64,000 nt of DNA from an uncultured Actinomycetes bacterium (GCA_963767005.1 CAVYCN010000004.1:128001-192000); one strand, 5' to 3'; numbered from the stretch's first letter, positions 43,706 to 53,638 are shown. Program-made: numbers and translations. Notes: generated by a model from the letters alone, not told the origin.

Positions 43706-44125
43706 ATGAACGAGCTCGTCACGCTCGAGATCCCGGCCAAGGCCGAGTACGTCGTGCTCGGCCGTCTCGCGCTGGCCGGTCTCGTACGCGAGCGGCCCTT
43801 CTCGGCCGACGCCGTCGCCGACCTGAAGCTCGCGCTCACCGAGGCTTGCTCGAACTCCATCCGCCACGCCTACGACCACGTGAACGGCCAGGTCCACCTG
43901 TCGTTCGAAGCGGGCGCCGATCGCGTGACGCTGACGGTGCGCGACGAGGGTGGCGGCTTTCACGAAGACGACGCCGACTGCCCCGAGTGCGCCGCCGTGG
44001 GGGTCGCGCTCTCCGAGGGCGGCATGGGCATCTCGATCATCCGGGCCGTCGTCGACGAGTTCCGCCTCGACCATCCCGCCGAGGGCGGCACCGTCCTCAC
44101 GCTGACCAAGCTCTGCGACGCCTGA
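43706..44125 (+). CDS. RsbW-like anti-sigma factor / HATPase_c protein
   Basis: LEIPAKAEYV, LKLALTEACSNSIRHAY, DEGGG, EGGMGISII. Confidence 0.85.
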   Translation: MNELVTLEIPAKAEYVVLGRLALAGLVRERPFSADAVADLKLALTEACSNSIRHAYDHVNGQVHLSFEAGADRVTLTVRDEGGGFHEDDADCPECAAVGVALSEGGMGISIIRAVVDEFRLDHPAEGGTVLTLTKLCDA

Positions 44126-44159
44126 CGGGCCGCCGGCACGCCTCGCTCGACCGGCTGGT

Positions 44160-44816
44160 CTGAGCCTCTACATCGGCCTTCTCGCCGGCTATGGCGCGGC
44201 CAACGTCAGCGGCGCGCGCGGCGCGCCCGACAAGGCGGCGGCGCTCGCCGACGACGCCCTCGCCCTGCTCGACGTGGCCGAGCTCCTCGACCCGCCGGTC
44301 GCCGGTCCGTGGGCCGACCTCGGCAGCGGCGGCGGCCTGCCCGGCATCCCGCTGGCGCTGGCTCTGGCCGACGTCCGGCTCACGCTGATCGAGGCCGTCG
44401 GCAAGAAGTGCACCTTCCTGCGCGAGGCGGCTGCCACGCTTGGTCTGACCGACCGTGTCGAGGTCGTCTGCGCCCGCAGCGAAGATCTCACCGTCCCCGG
44501 CGCGCCGGCTCGCGAGGCCTTCGCCGTGGTGCTCGCCAAGGCCGTCGGGTCGCTCGCCGTCGTGGCCGAGCTGGCCGCCCCGGCCCTGCGCCAGGGCGGG
44601 CTGCTGCTGGTGAGCAAGACGGCCGTCGCGGCCGCGCGCGAGGCGGCGGGCGGCGAGGCCGCAGGCCGTGCCTGCGGCCTCGCCGCCCGCCGCACGACGC
44701 CGCTCGCGCGCTCGCCCCTGCCGGGGTCGGTGTGCGTCGTCTACGAGAAGATCGCGCCCACGCCGGTGCGCTTTCCGCGCCGTCCCGGCATGGCCGCCAA
44801 GCGGCCGCTCGCCTGA
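44160..44816 (+). CDS. rsmG: 16S rRNA m7G527 methyltransferase RsmG (start uncertain)
   Basis: DLGSGGGLPGIPL, KKCTFL, FPRRPGMAAKRPL; directly upstream of parA; the homologous frame extends upstream of GTG 44274. Confidence 0.82.
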   Translation: MSLYIGLLAGYGAANVSGARGAPDKAAALADDALALLDVAELLDPPVAGPWADLGSGGGLPGIPLALALADVRLTLIEAVGKKCTFLREAAATLGLTDRVEVVCARSEDLTVPGAPAREAFAVVLAKAVGSLAVVAELAAPALRQGGLLLVSKTAVAAAREAAGGEAAGRACGLAARRTTPLARSPLPGSVCVVYEKIAPTPVRFPRRPGMAAKRPLA

Positions 44817-44944
44817 CGAGCCGGGCCGGCAGCCCGCCGTTTCTGGCAGGGTCGGCGGGCGGTCGGTAAGATGGCGGACGAGATGCCGAGCGCCCTCGCC
44901 AGATCCAGCGCCCCCTCCACGCCCGCCCGCGGCCGGGCCGCGTC

Positions 44945-45826
44945 GTGACGCGCATCGTCGCCGTCGCCAACCAGAAGGGCGGCGTGGGCAAGACGACCAC
45001 CGCCGTCAACGTCGCCGCCTGCCTGGCCGAGGCCGGATTTCCCACCCTGCTCGTCGACCTCGACCCGCAATGCAACGCGAGCAGCGGGCTGGGCGTCGCC
45101 GCCGACTCGGCCACGCGCTCGGTGTACGGCGTGCTGGGCGGGCGCGTGGCGCTGGACGAGGTAGTGCTGCCGACCGCGGTCGACGAGCTCCGCGTGGCGC
45201 CCGCCTGCCCCGACCTGGCCGGGGCCGAGGTCGAGCTCGCGGCGGCGGCCGAGCGCGAGACCGTCCTGCGCGACGCTCTCGCCGGCGCGCTCGCCGGCTA
45301 CGAGTTCGTGTTCGTCGACTGCCCACCGTCGCTCGGGCTGCTCACGGTGAACGGCCTGGCCGCGGCCGGTGAGGCGCTGGTGCCGGTCCAGGCCGAGTAC
45401 TACGCGCTCGAAGGCCTCGCGCAGCTGCTCGGGACCATCGACCTCGTGAGCGAGCGCCTCAACCCGGGCCTGCGCCTGCTGGGCATCGTGATCACCATGC
45501 TCGACGCGCGCACGCGTCTCGGCCGAGAGGTCGTGGCCGAGGTGCGCGCGCACCTCGGCCACGACCTCTTCGCTACGCTCGTGCCGCGCAACGTGCGGCT
45601 CGGCGAGGCGCCCAGCCACGGCCTGCCCATCTCGCGCTACGACCCCACCTGCGCGGGCTCCGACGCCTACTTCGACCTCGCCAAGGAGATCGTCTCGCGC
45701 GCCCCCGGGGGCGCCGGCCGCGACGCGCCGACGGGCTCACAGAGCGGGGCGGCAGCGGCCGCGGTCGACGGCACGTCCGCCGACGTCCCGCCGCGGCCGC
45801 CCTACGGCGCCCATCCGGGAGTGTGA
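44945..45826 (+). CDS. parA: Chromosome partitioning ATPase ParA/Soj
   Basis: NQKGGVGKTTT, DLDPQ, DCPPSLG, EYYALEG, RNVRLGEAPSHG. Confidence 0.95.
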   Translation: MTRIVAVANQKGGVGKTTTAVNVAACLAEAGFPTLLVDLDPQCNASSGLGVAADSATRSVYGVLGGRVALDEVVLPTAVDELRVAPACPDLAGAEVELAAAAERETVLRDALAGALAGYEFVFVDCPPSLGLLTVNGLAAAGEALVPVQAEYYALEGLAQLLGTIDLVSERLNPGLRLLGIVITMLDARTRLGREVVAEVRAHLGHDLFATLVPRNVRLGEAPSHGLPISRYDPTCAGSDAYFDLAKEIVSRAPGGAGRDAPTGSQSGAAAAAVDGTSADVPPRPPYGAHPGV

Positions 45827-46782
45827 CCATGGTCCCACCGACCGACGACGAGACCCGGCCGGAGCGCTCGTCCGGACCGCCCGCGCCGGCCCACGGCTCG
45901 CGCGCCCGCCTGGGGCGCGGCCTGTCGGCTCTGATCGGCGAGCGGGCGGCGGCGTCGGGCGCGGCCGACGCCGCGCCCGACGCCGCCCGCCTGCGCGAGC
46001 TGGCGGTCGACGACATCGTGGCGTCGACGAGGCAGCCGCGGCGCACGTTCGACCCCGACGAGCTCGCCGAGCTTGCCGCCTCGATTGCGAGCCTCGGCGT
46101 GGTGCAGCCGGTCGTCGTGCGGCCGGCGGGCCCCGACGCCGCGGCACCGTGGGAGCTGATCGCCGGCGAGCGCCGCCTGCGGGCCGCCCGTCTGGCCGGT
46201 CTCGCCGCGGTGCCGGCGCTCGTGCGGCCGGCCGGCGAGGCCGCCGCGCTCGAGATCGCCCTCGCCGAGAACGTGGCCCGCGAGGACCTGAACGCGATCG
46301 AGGAGGCGCTCGCCTATGCCGCCCTCGCCGACGAGTTCGGCCTCACGCACGAGCGCATCGCCGATCTCGTGGGCAAGAGCCGGGTGGCGGTCACCAACGT
46401 GCTGCGCCTGCTCGACCTGCCCGACGAGGTGCGCGAGCTGATCGAGGAAGGCCGCCTGTCGGAGGGGCACGGCCGCGCCCTCCTGGGGCTCGCCGACCAC
46501 GGCGAACGGCGCCGCGTGGCGCGCGCCGTCGTCGAGCGCGGCCTGACGGTGCGCCAGACCGAGGACCTGGTGCGCTCGCTCGCCGAGCCGGCGCCGGCCC
46601 GCGGGGCGCCGCGCCGCGCCGCTCGCGACGATGCCTGGGACGACCTGGTCGAGGAGCTGTACGGCGTGCTCGAGGTGCCGGTCCGCATCCATGCCGGCAA
46701 GCGCGGCGGGCGGGTCGAGCTGCGGTTCCGCGACCGCGCCGAGCTCGAGCGCCTGGTCGAACGCCTGCGCTCGCTCGGCTGA
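45823..46782 (+). CDS. parB: Chromosome partitioning protein ParB
   Basis: LGRGL, QPR, IAGERR, EN..REDLN, SRVAVTN. Confidence 0.95.
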   Translation: MTMVPPTDDETRPERSSGPPAPAHGSRARLGRGLSALIGERAAASGAADAAPDAARLRELAVDDIVASTRQPRRTFDPDELAELAASIASLGVVQPVVVRPAGPDAAAPWELIAGERRLRAARLAGLAAVPALVRPAGEAAALEIALAENVAREDLNAIEEALAYAALADEFGLTHERIADLVGKSRVAVTNVLRLLDLPDEVRELIEEGRLSEGHGRALLGLADHGERRRVARAVVERGLTVRQTEDLVRSLAEPAPARGAPRRAARDDAWDDLVEELYGVLEVPVRIHAGKRGGRVELRFRDRAELERLVERLRSLG

Positions 46783-46862
46783 GCGGGCCACGCCGGCGGG
46801 CCGCCGGCTTCTCGCGCCCGCGTTCGCCGTGCCCGGGTGAAGACCGGGCCCGCCGGCGCGGG

Positions 46863-47504
46863 CTACTGGCCGGTCGCGCCGGTCGTGGCCGTGGGGGCGG
46901 GCGTCACGGTGCCGGGCGCGCCGGTCGGCGGCGAGCCCGGCGTCGGCGAGATCACGACGCCGGCCGGGGTGGGCGTCACGCTGACGCCCGGCGTGGTCGT
47001 GCCCGACGTGCCCGAGGTCGCACCGCTCGTACCGCCCGAGGGGACGTAGACCGTGGTGCCGTCGGGCAGCCGGTAGAACTGCCCGATCAGCGTGCCGACG
47101 CCCGAGACCTGCTGGCCCGCCTTGAGGTCGAGCCGGGTGATCTGCTCGCCCTTCTTGGTGATGACCTGCATGTCGGACTGCCCGGGGTTGGTGACGATCG
47201 TCACGTTCTTCGAGGTGAGGATCCCCGACAGGCCGATGCCGGTGAGGGCCGCGAGCAGAAAGGCGACGGCGAGCACGATGGCGACGTCGAAGAGATTGAC
47301 GACGCCGTCGAGCGGGTCGCCGTTGCGGTCGGTGCGGTCGATGCGGCGGCGCCCCATGTAGCGCAGCCGGCGCCCGTCGCCGGGCTCACGGTCGAGCGGC
47401 GCGCTCGCGTGCGGAGGGGTCTCGACGGTCGTGCTCACGGCGCCGGCCGCCGCCCTAGAAGAGCTCGCCGTCGGACGGCGTCGCCTCGTCGCGACCCGCT
47501 GCAC
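46863..47504 (-). CDS. DUF2149-family single-TM protein with Thr/Pro-rich tail
   Basis: DPLDGVVNLFDVAIVLAVA, NPG...M..I.K.G, G..YRL.DG...YVP; the true start may be nearer 47358. Confidence 0.8.
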   Translation of the reverse strand: MQRVATRRRRPTASSSRAAAGAVSTTVETPPHASAPLDREPGDGRRLRYMGRRRIDRTDRNGDPLDGVVNLFDVAIVLAVAFLLAALTGIGLSGILTSKNVTIVTNPGQSDMQVITKKGEQITRLDLKAGQQVSGVGTLIGQFYRLPDGTTVYVPSGGTSGATSGTSGTTTPGVSVTPTPAGVVISPTPGSPPTGAPGTVTPAPTATTGATGQ

Positions 47505-48405
47505 GGGTCCCGTCGGACGGGGCGCCGCCGGCGGTGAGCGGCTGCAACGAGATCACCTCGGTCGGCTCGTCGGACTGGTCTGCCGGCGCGCCGTCGCGGC
47601 CCGCCGCGAGCGCCGGCTCGCCGGTCGCCTCGTCGAAGGCGTCCTGCGATCGGCTCTCGCCGTCGGCGCTCGCCGCCAGCGTGAGGTCGGGGAGGTCGTC
47701 GTCGCCGTCGTCGAGGTCGCCGCGCCGCCGGCGCGGCGGGCCGATGCGCAGGCGCCCGCCGCCGCCCTCGAGCAGCTCGAGCAGGTACTCGAGGTCGGAG
47801 ATGTCCTGCTGGTAGAAGCGGTCGCGGACGATGCTCACGATGAATCCCAGCCCGCCGATCAGCAGGCCGATGACCGTGACCGAGAAGGCGATCTTCAAGT
47901 TGTCGGTGAGCTGCTTTGTATTGCCCTGGGCGAGGCCGGTGAGGGCCGGAGCGAGCGGGATCAGGGTGCCCATCAGGCCGAGCATGGGGCCGACGCGCAC
48001 CAGGATGCGCGTCTTCTCGAGCCGCTTGACCGTGTAGAACTCGTACTCCTGCAGGAGCTTGAGCGGCTTCTCGGCGATGCGCTCGGTCTGGTAGTTGCGG
48101 ATCAGGTCGAAGATGAAGCGCGCGACGACCGTGGAGTAGGTGTTCTCCTGGAGGTACTTGTAGGCGCGTCGCGGCTGGCCCTTGGCGAAGGCGTCGCGCG
48201 CCTTGAGCGCCCTGATCTCGAGGGCCTCGAGGTCGCGATAGCGCACGCGCAGGTACAGCTCGTAGAGGAACCACCCGACCTCGACGACGGCCCAGCCGAG
48301 GCAGAAGAGGGCGGCGAGGAGCACCGGGTAGAGCAGGATCCGCGAGACGTCGTAGATCGCCTGCTGGATGCTGTGGGCCACGGTCGCGGCGATGACTGGC
48401 TGCAC
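47455..48405 (-). CDS. MotA/TolQ/ExbB proton-channel family protein
   Basis: RVGPMLGLMGTLIPLAPAL..L..G...L..AFSVTVIGL. Confidence 0.88.
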   Translation of the reverse strand: MQPVIAATVAHSIQQAIYDVSRILLYPVLLAALFCLGWAVVEVGWFLYELYLRVRYRDLEALEIRALKARDAFAKGQPRRAYKYLQENTYSTVVARFIFDLIRNYQTERIAEKPLKLLQEYEFYTVKRLEKTRILVRVGPMLGLMGTLIPLAPALTGLAQGNTKQLTDNLKIAFSVTVIGLLIGGLGFIVSIVRDRFYQQDISDLEYLLELLEGGGGRLRIGPPRRRRGDLDDGDDDLPDLTLAASADGESRSQDAFDEATGEPALAAGRDGAPADQSDEPTEVISLQPLTAGGAPSDGTRAAGRDEATPSDGELF

Positions 48406-48414
48406 GATCTTTCG

Positions 48415-50214
48415 TCACTCCTCGCCGGCCGGTGGCGGCCCGCTCGCTCGCTGGTGGGACCGCCAGAACGAGGCGTCCTGGGGCAGGGTCTGGCCGCGCG
48501 CCGCTCCTCCGAGGACGCCCAGCAGGCGCCGGCGCACGAGCCACGATCCGACGAACCCCAGGGGCACGAGCGCCGCCAGAGCCGTGCCGACCGCGATGGC
48601 CGCGTGATTGCCGCCGCCCGAACCGCCGCCGCCGCCACCCGCGACCTGGCCCGTGACCGACGCGCTCGCCGAGGGGGTGGTCGAGCCGGTCGGGAAGGGG
48701 CTGGCCGTCGGCGTGTACCCGGAGCTCGGCGAGAGCGTGGCGCTGGGCGTCGCCGTGGGCGTCGACGTGTGGTGTGTGGCGGTGCCGGACCCGCTGCCCG
48801 TGCCGCTCGACCCCGAGCCGGTGCCGCCGGTCGAGCCGCCGCCGGCGTGAGTGCCGCCGCCCGTCGCGACCGGCACCGCCACGGTGAAGGTGCGCTCGAT
48901 GGTCGCGCGGTTGCCGGCGCGGTCCACCGCCGTCACGGACCAGGTGTGGCGGCCGTCGGTGAGCTTGGTGAGGTCGAGCCTCAGGCGCGAGGTCGTGACG
49001 TGGGCATGGCCGGTGCGGTTGACGCCGTCGACCGTCACCCGGACCGCGTGCGCGGCGATGCCGGTGCCGCCGGCGTTGTCGAAGTAGCGCGCCGTGATCT
49101 CGACCGCGCGGCCCGCGAAGCGGGCGCCGGCCTTGGGCAGGACGTGCGACGTCGCGAAGCTCGGCGCGAAATGGGTCAGCTTGTTCGGCCCGTGCGGAAC
49201 GGGGAGCGTGTGGCCGCTCAGGGCGACCGCGACCTGCATCGTCGCCCCCATCACGTTGCCGAGGTCGCCCGGGAACTCGTGGTACGAGCCGTTCGCCTGG
49301 AGCAGCCTGGCCAGGAAGGTATAGGGCGTGTGGCCGCTCTGCGCGAGGCCGTGCGGGTCGACGCCGGCCGCGTTGAGGCCTTCGATCGCCATGGCCGTCG
49401 AGAAGGCGTTGACGTAGCCGCCCTGCGTGTCGACGAAACCGCCGGCCCACGAGCCGCTGCTGCTCTCGGTGGCTTGGCGCTCCTCGATGAAGGCGGCCGC
49501 GTCCTTCACCACCTGGTCCTGGCGCGCCACTCCGGCGGCGACGAGCGCCTGCACCGCGAGCGCGGTGTCGGTCGTATCGGAGGTCGTGAGCGGCTGCGAG
49601 CCGTAGCCACCGTCGCCGTTCGGCCCGCCACCGCTGCCGTCGCTTGCGGCCGCGGCCTGCAGCCAGGCCACGGCCTCGCTCACGGGGGGCCCGCTCTCGT
49701 GCGCGCCGACCAGGGCGAGCACGGCCCAGGCGGTCGTCGTGGTCGACAGGGCGGTGCCGCTGCCCGGCGCGTAGAAGCCGTCGGTCAGCGACTGATACGA
49801 CTCGAGCTTGCCGACCAGGTCGATCTGGGTGCTGCCGGCGCTTGCCAGGAGGTCGGTCCGGTTCGCCGCCTTGTAGGCAAGGATGCACAGGGCGTAGTAG
49901 GCGGCCGCGTTGCCGCTGTTGGTGGCCGCCGTGACGAGGTTGGTGTCCTGCAGGAAGCCCACCGGGCTGCGCCCGTCCGACTTCCAGAGCCCCGGGCTGT
50001 TGGCGCCGGCCGCGATCGCGAGCGTGGCCCAGGGCGTGGTGACGGCGCTGCCGCTCGCGCCGGTGTACGAGAAACCGCCGTCGGTCCGCTGGTGGGCGCG
50101 CAGGTAGTCGAGCGCCTTGGTGACGCCGGCCGGCGCCGCCGCCGCCGGCGCGGCCGGCACGAACAGGACGCCGACCAGGGCGAGCAGCAGGACCCCCCTG
50201 TATGTCTTGGTCAC
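48415..50214 (-). CDS. Exported, C-terminally anchored protein with prenyltransferase/squalene-oxidase-like repeats and an Ig-like domain
   Basis: Signal peptide; ALDYL..Q..DGGF, DTALAVQAL and FL..LQ.NGS repeats; AVDRAGN Ig-like motif; S/T/P linker; C-terminal TM plus RRR. Confidence 0.8.
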   Translation of the reverse strand: MTKTYRGVLLLALVGVLFVPAAPAAAAPAGVTKALDYLRAHQRTDGGFSYTGASGSAVTTPWATLAIAAGANSPGLWKSDGRSPVGFLQDTNLVTAATNSGNAAAYYALCILAYKAANRTDLLASAGSTQIDLVGKLESYQSLTDGFYAPGSGTALSTTTTAWAVLALVGAHESGPPVSEAVAWLQAAAASDGSGGGPNGDGGYGSQPLTTSDTTDTALAVQALVAAGVARQDQVVKDAAAFIEERQATESSSGSWAGGFVDTQGGYVNAFSTAMAIEGLNAAGVDPHGLAQSGHTPYTFLARLLQANGSYHEFPGDLGNVMGATMQVAVALSGHTLPVPHGPNKLTHFAPSFATSHVLPKAGARFAGRAVEITARYFDNAGGTGIAAHAVRVTVDGVNRTGHAHVTTSRLRLDLTKLTDGRHTWSVTAVDRAGNRATIERTFTVAVPVATGGGTHAGGGSTGGTGSGSSGTGSGSGTATHHTSTPTATPSATLSPSSGYTPTASPFPTGSTTPSASASVTGQVAGGGGGGSGGGNHAAIAVGTALAALVPLGFVGSWLVRRRLLGVLGGAARGQTLPQDASFWRSHQRASGPPPAGEE

Positions 50215-50418
50215 GGTGCCTCCCGAGGTCCGCCGGCTCCCGCGGGTCGGACCACAGACGGCGCTATTGTACCAGCACACAGAAACGGGCGAGCGGGCGT
50301 GGGCCGGGCGCGGGCGTGCGGGAGCGCCGGGAGCGGATGGCCCGGCGACCGAGACCGACGCACCGTCCACTTCGCGGGCGGCGGGCCTGTGGGCGGAAGT
50401 TGTATCCTTTGGGGCGCC

Positions 50419-51471
50419 ATGCCCGCGCTGCTTTCCATCGTCGTGCCGGTCTTCAACGAGGCCGGCAGCCTCGAGCCGCTCTACCAGGAGATCGTCGCCG
50501 CGCTCGCCGAGCGCGGCGCGTTCGAGGTCGTCTTCGTCGACGACGGGTCGACCGACGGCTCGCTCGTCGCGATGGAGCGGCTCGCCGCCGAGCACGACGG
50601 CGTGCGCGTCGTGCGGCTGCGGCGCAACTTCGGCAAGGCGGCGGCGCTCACGCATGGCTTCGCCGAGTCGCGCGGCGAGCTCGTCGTCACCATCGACGGC
50701 GACCGCCAGGACGATCCGGCCGAGATCCCCAAGCTGCTCGCCAAGCTCGACGAGGGCTACGACCTCGTGTCGGGCTGGAAGCAGAGCCGGAAGGACCCGT
50801 TCTCCAAGACCGTGCCGTCGAAGCTCTTCAACTGGACCGTGCGCACGTCGACCGGCGTGGCCCTGCACGACTTCAACTGCGGCCTCAAGGCCTACCGGCG
50901 GCCCGTGATCGAGCACGTCAAGGTGTACGGCGAGCTCCACCGCTACATCCCGGTGCTCGCGAGCGACCTGGGCTTCCGGGTGACCGAGGTCAGGGTCGGC
51001 CACCGACGTCGCACGAGCGGCCGCTCGAAGTACGGCTGGCGCCGCTACGGGCGCGGCTACCTCGACCTGCTCACGGTCCTGTTCCTGGGCCGCTACCGCC
51101 AGCGGCCCCAGCACCTGTTCGGCGGCATCGGCACCTTCCTGGTGTTCGTCGGCGTGCTGATCGACCTGTACCTCACGATCGACAAACTGCGCGGCCACGC
51201 CATCGGGCAGCGGCCGCTGCTCGTGCTCGGCACGCTGCTCATCATCGTCGGGATCCAGCTCCTGTCGCTCGGCCTTATCGGCGAGCTCATCACCCAGGCG
51301 CGGGCGCGCGACAAGCGCGACGACTACGAGGTCGAGCGGGTGATCGACGGCGCGGCGGCGCGCGCGGTGCGCGCCGCCGCCGACGTCCCGGCGCCCGGCC
51401 CGGACGGCGCCGCCGCGCCAGTCGGCGACCCGGCGCGCCCGCCGGCCGCCGGCCGCCCGGCGGCGTCGTGA
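50419..51471 (+). CDS. GT2 polyprenyl-phosphate glycosyltransferase (ArnC/GtrB-like)
   Basis: SIVVPVFNE, VDDGSTDG, RRNFGKAAA, IDGDRQD, DFNCGLKAY; two C-terminal TMs. Confidence 0.9.
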   Translation: MPALLSIVVPVFNEAGSLEPLYQEIVAALAERGAFEVVFVDDGSTDGSLVAMERLAAEHDGVRVVRLRRNFGKAAALTHGFAESRGELVVTIDGDRQDDPAEIPKLLAKLDEGYDLVSGWKQSRKDPFSKTVPSKLFNWTVRTSTGVALHDFNCGLKAYRRPVIEHVKVYGELHRYIPVLASDLGFRVTEVRVGHRRRTSGRSKYGWRRYGRGYLDLLTVLFLGRYRQRPQHLFGGIGTFLVFVGVLIDLYLTIDKLRGHAIGQRPLLVLGTLLIIVGIQLLSLGLIGELITQARARDKRDDYEVERVIDGAAARAVRAAADVPAPGPDGAAAPVGDPARPPAAGRPAAS

Positions 51472-51505
51472 GCGCCCGCCGCCGACCCGGCGGCCGCCTC
51501 GCCGC

Positions 51506-52630
51506 ATGACGCTGCGGATCGCCTATCTGGGCACGTACGACCCGTCCTACGCGCGCAACCGCGTGCTGATCGACGGCCTGCGCGCGGCGGGCGCCGAGGT
51601 GATCGAGTACGCGGCCCCGCTCGACTCGTCGCTCACGGCGGCGCGGCTCGCGACGCCCGCCGGCATGCGGCGGCTGGCCGCCGAGCTCGCTCGCGTCCAC
51701 CTGGCGCTGCTCGCCCGCCACCGCGCTGGCGTCACGTTCGACGTCGTTACGGTCGGCTACCCGGGGCATCTGATCGTGCCCTTCGCCTGGGCGGTGGCCC
51801 GCGTCCGGCGCGCTCTGCTCGTGTTCGACCCGCTCGTGTCGCTGTTCGACACGTTCGCCGGCGACCGCGGTCTGCTGGCCGGCGACAGCGCCGCAGGCAT
51901 GGCCGCCGGCGCAGTCGACCGCGTGGCGTTCGCGCTGCCCGACGTCGTGCTCGCCGACACGCAGGCCCACGCCGACTACTACGTCGCCGCTGTCGGCGTG
52001 CCCGCGGCGAAGCTCACCGTCGTGCCGGTCGGCGCCCTGCCCCTGGCGGGCGCGACGGGCGCGGCACGGACGCCCGCGCCCGGCGCGCCGCTGCGCGTGG
52101 TGCAGTACGGCCGCTGGAGCCCTCTGCACGGCCTCTCAGCGGTGCTCGACGCGGCCGAGGATCTGTGCGACGAGCCCTGGGTCTTCGAGCTCATCGGCGA
52201 CGGCCAGCTCGCCGACTGGCTCGCCGCCGAAGTGAAGCGCCGCGGCCTGGGGTCGGTCGACGTGCAGGGCCCGCTGCCGCCCTGGCGCCTGCGTGGCCGG
52301 CTCGTCGCCGCCGACGTCTGCCTGGGCGTGTTCGGCACCTCGGAGAAGGCGGCCAGGGTCGTGCCCAACAAGGTCTACGACGCGCTCGCCGCCGGCCGGC
52401 CCCTGGTGACCGCCGACTCGCCGGCGGCGCGCGAGCTGCTCGAGGACGGCCACGACGCGCTGCTCGTGCCGGCCGGCGACGGCGACGCGCTCGCCGCCGC
52501 CCTGCGCCGGCTCGGCAAGCCCGACGAACGCGCCCGTCTGGGCGCCGCCGCGCTCGATCTGTACCGGCGGCGCTGCACGCCCGAGGCGGTGGCGGCCACG
52601 CTGCTCGCGGCGCTCGAGGACCGCCTGTGA
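51506..52630 (+). CDS. GT4 glycosyltransferase
   Basis: VVPNKVYDALAAGRPLVT; PLHG. Confidence 0.85.
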   Translation: MTLRIAYLGTYDPSYARNRVLIDGLRAAGAEVIEYAAPLDSSLTAARLATPAGMRRLAAELARVHLALLARHRAGVTFDVVTVGYPGHLIVPFAWAVARVRRALLVFDPLVSLFDTFAGDRGLLAGDSAAGMAAGAVDRVAFALPDVVLADTQAHADYYVAAVGVPAAKLTVVPVGALPLAGATGAARTPAPGAPLRVVQYGRWSPLHGLSAVLDAAEDLCDEPWVFELIGDGQLADWLAAEVKRRGLGSVDVQGPLPPWRLRGRLVAADVCLGVFGTSEKAARVVPNKVYDALAAGRPLVTADSPAARELLEDGHDALLVPAGDGDALAAALRRLGKPDERARLGAAALDLYRRRCTPEAVAATLLAALEDRL

Positions 52631-53619
52631 GCGACGCCCGGGCCCCGGCCCGACGCCGCCGCGCGACCGCGCTGCGCGTCGCCCAGGCGGCGTTCGTCGT
52701 GCTCGTGGTGCTCTTCATTGCGCGCTACCTGCGCCACGCCTGGCCGGCCGTCGACGCCTACCGCTGGCGCCTGCGGCCCGGCCTGCTCGTCGCGTCGGCC
52801 GTCCTCGTGCTGCTCTACTACCTGGGCAACGCGCTCGTCTGGTGGCTCATCCTGTTCCACTCCGGCCTGCGGGCCCCGCGCACGCCGGTCGTGGCGACCT
52901 GGGGCAAGTCGATCCTCGCGCGCTACGTCCCGGGCAACGTCTTCCAGTTCGTGAGCCGCGCCTGGATGAGCCACCGCCAGGGTCTCGACGTCGACCGCGT
53001 CAGCGCCGGCATGGTGTACGAGCAGGTGCTGAACATCGCCGGCGCGCTCGCCGTGACGGCGGCGCTGTTCCCCCTCTGGCACTTCGAGCGCAGCGACACG
53101 ACCTGGGCGCTGCTCGCCCTCCCCGTGATCGTCGTCGCCTTGCACCCGCGCGTGTTCGCCCGCCTCGCCGCCGTCGCCCTGCGGATGGTGCGGCGGCCGC
53201 CGCTCACGCAGGTGCTGCCGTTTGGCACGGTGCTCGGCCTGCTCCTCGCCTTCGCCGGCCTGTGGCTCGTCGCCGGCCTCGCCATGTGGACGCTGGCCGC
53301 GGCCGTCACGAGCGTCAGCGGCTCCGCCTATCCCGAGATCACTGCCGGCTTCGCCATGGCCTTCGTCGCCGGCATGGTCGTGTTCTTCGTGCCGAGCGGT
53401 ATCGGCGTGCGCGAGGGCGTGCTCGCCGCCGCCACGGCGACGGTCTTCGCCGGCGGCGGGGTCGCCCTCGCGTGGGCATTGCTCGCCCGACTGTGGCAGA
53501 CTGCGCTGGAGCTTGCGTTCGTGGGCGCTGTGACCCTCGTCGACCGCCGCCGGTCGACCGGCGACCGCCCCGGCGGCGGGCCGCCCCCCGCCCCTCGCCC
53601 GCAAAGAGACGACGCGTGA
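52627..53619 (+). CDS. LPG-synthase-TM / UPF0104 flippase-like membrane protein
   Basis: ARYVPG, PSGIGVREG; multiple TMs; GTG overlaps the previous stop. Confidence 0.8.
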   Translation: MSDARAPARRRRATALRVAQAAFVVLVVLFIARYLRHAWPAVDAYRWRLRPGLLVASAVLVLLYYLGNALVWWLILFHSGLRAPRTPVVATWGKSILARYVPGNVFQFVSRAWMSHRQGLDVDRVSAGMVYEQVLNIAGALAVTAALFPLWHFERSDTTWALLALPVIVVALHPRVFARLAAVALRMVRRPPLTQVLPFGTVLGLLLAFAGLWLVAGLAMWTLAAAVTSVSGSAYPEITAGFAMAFVAGMVVFFVPSGIGVREGVLAAATATVFAGGGVALAWALLARLWQTALELAFVGAVTLVDRRRSTGDRPGGGPPPAPRPQRDDA

Positions 53620-53638
53620 CCCGGAGGTCTGCCCACCG

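Noticed and set aside
50215-50418. Cobalamin riboswitch upstream of the surface-protein/ExbB operon
   Set aside because: No B12-box or other conserved riboswitch motif is recognisable; only a TGgTACAAT extended -10 on the minus strand.
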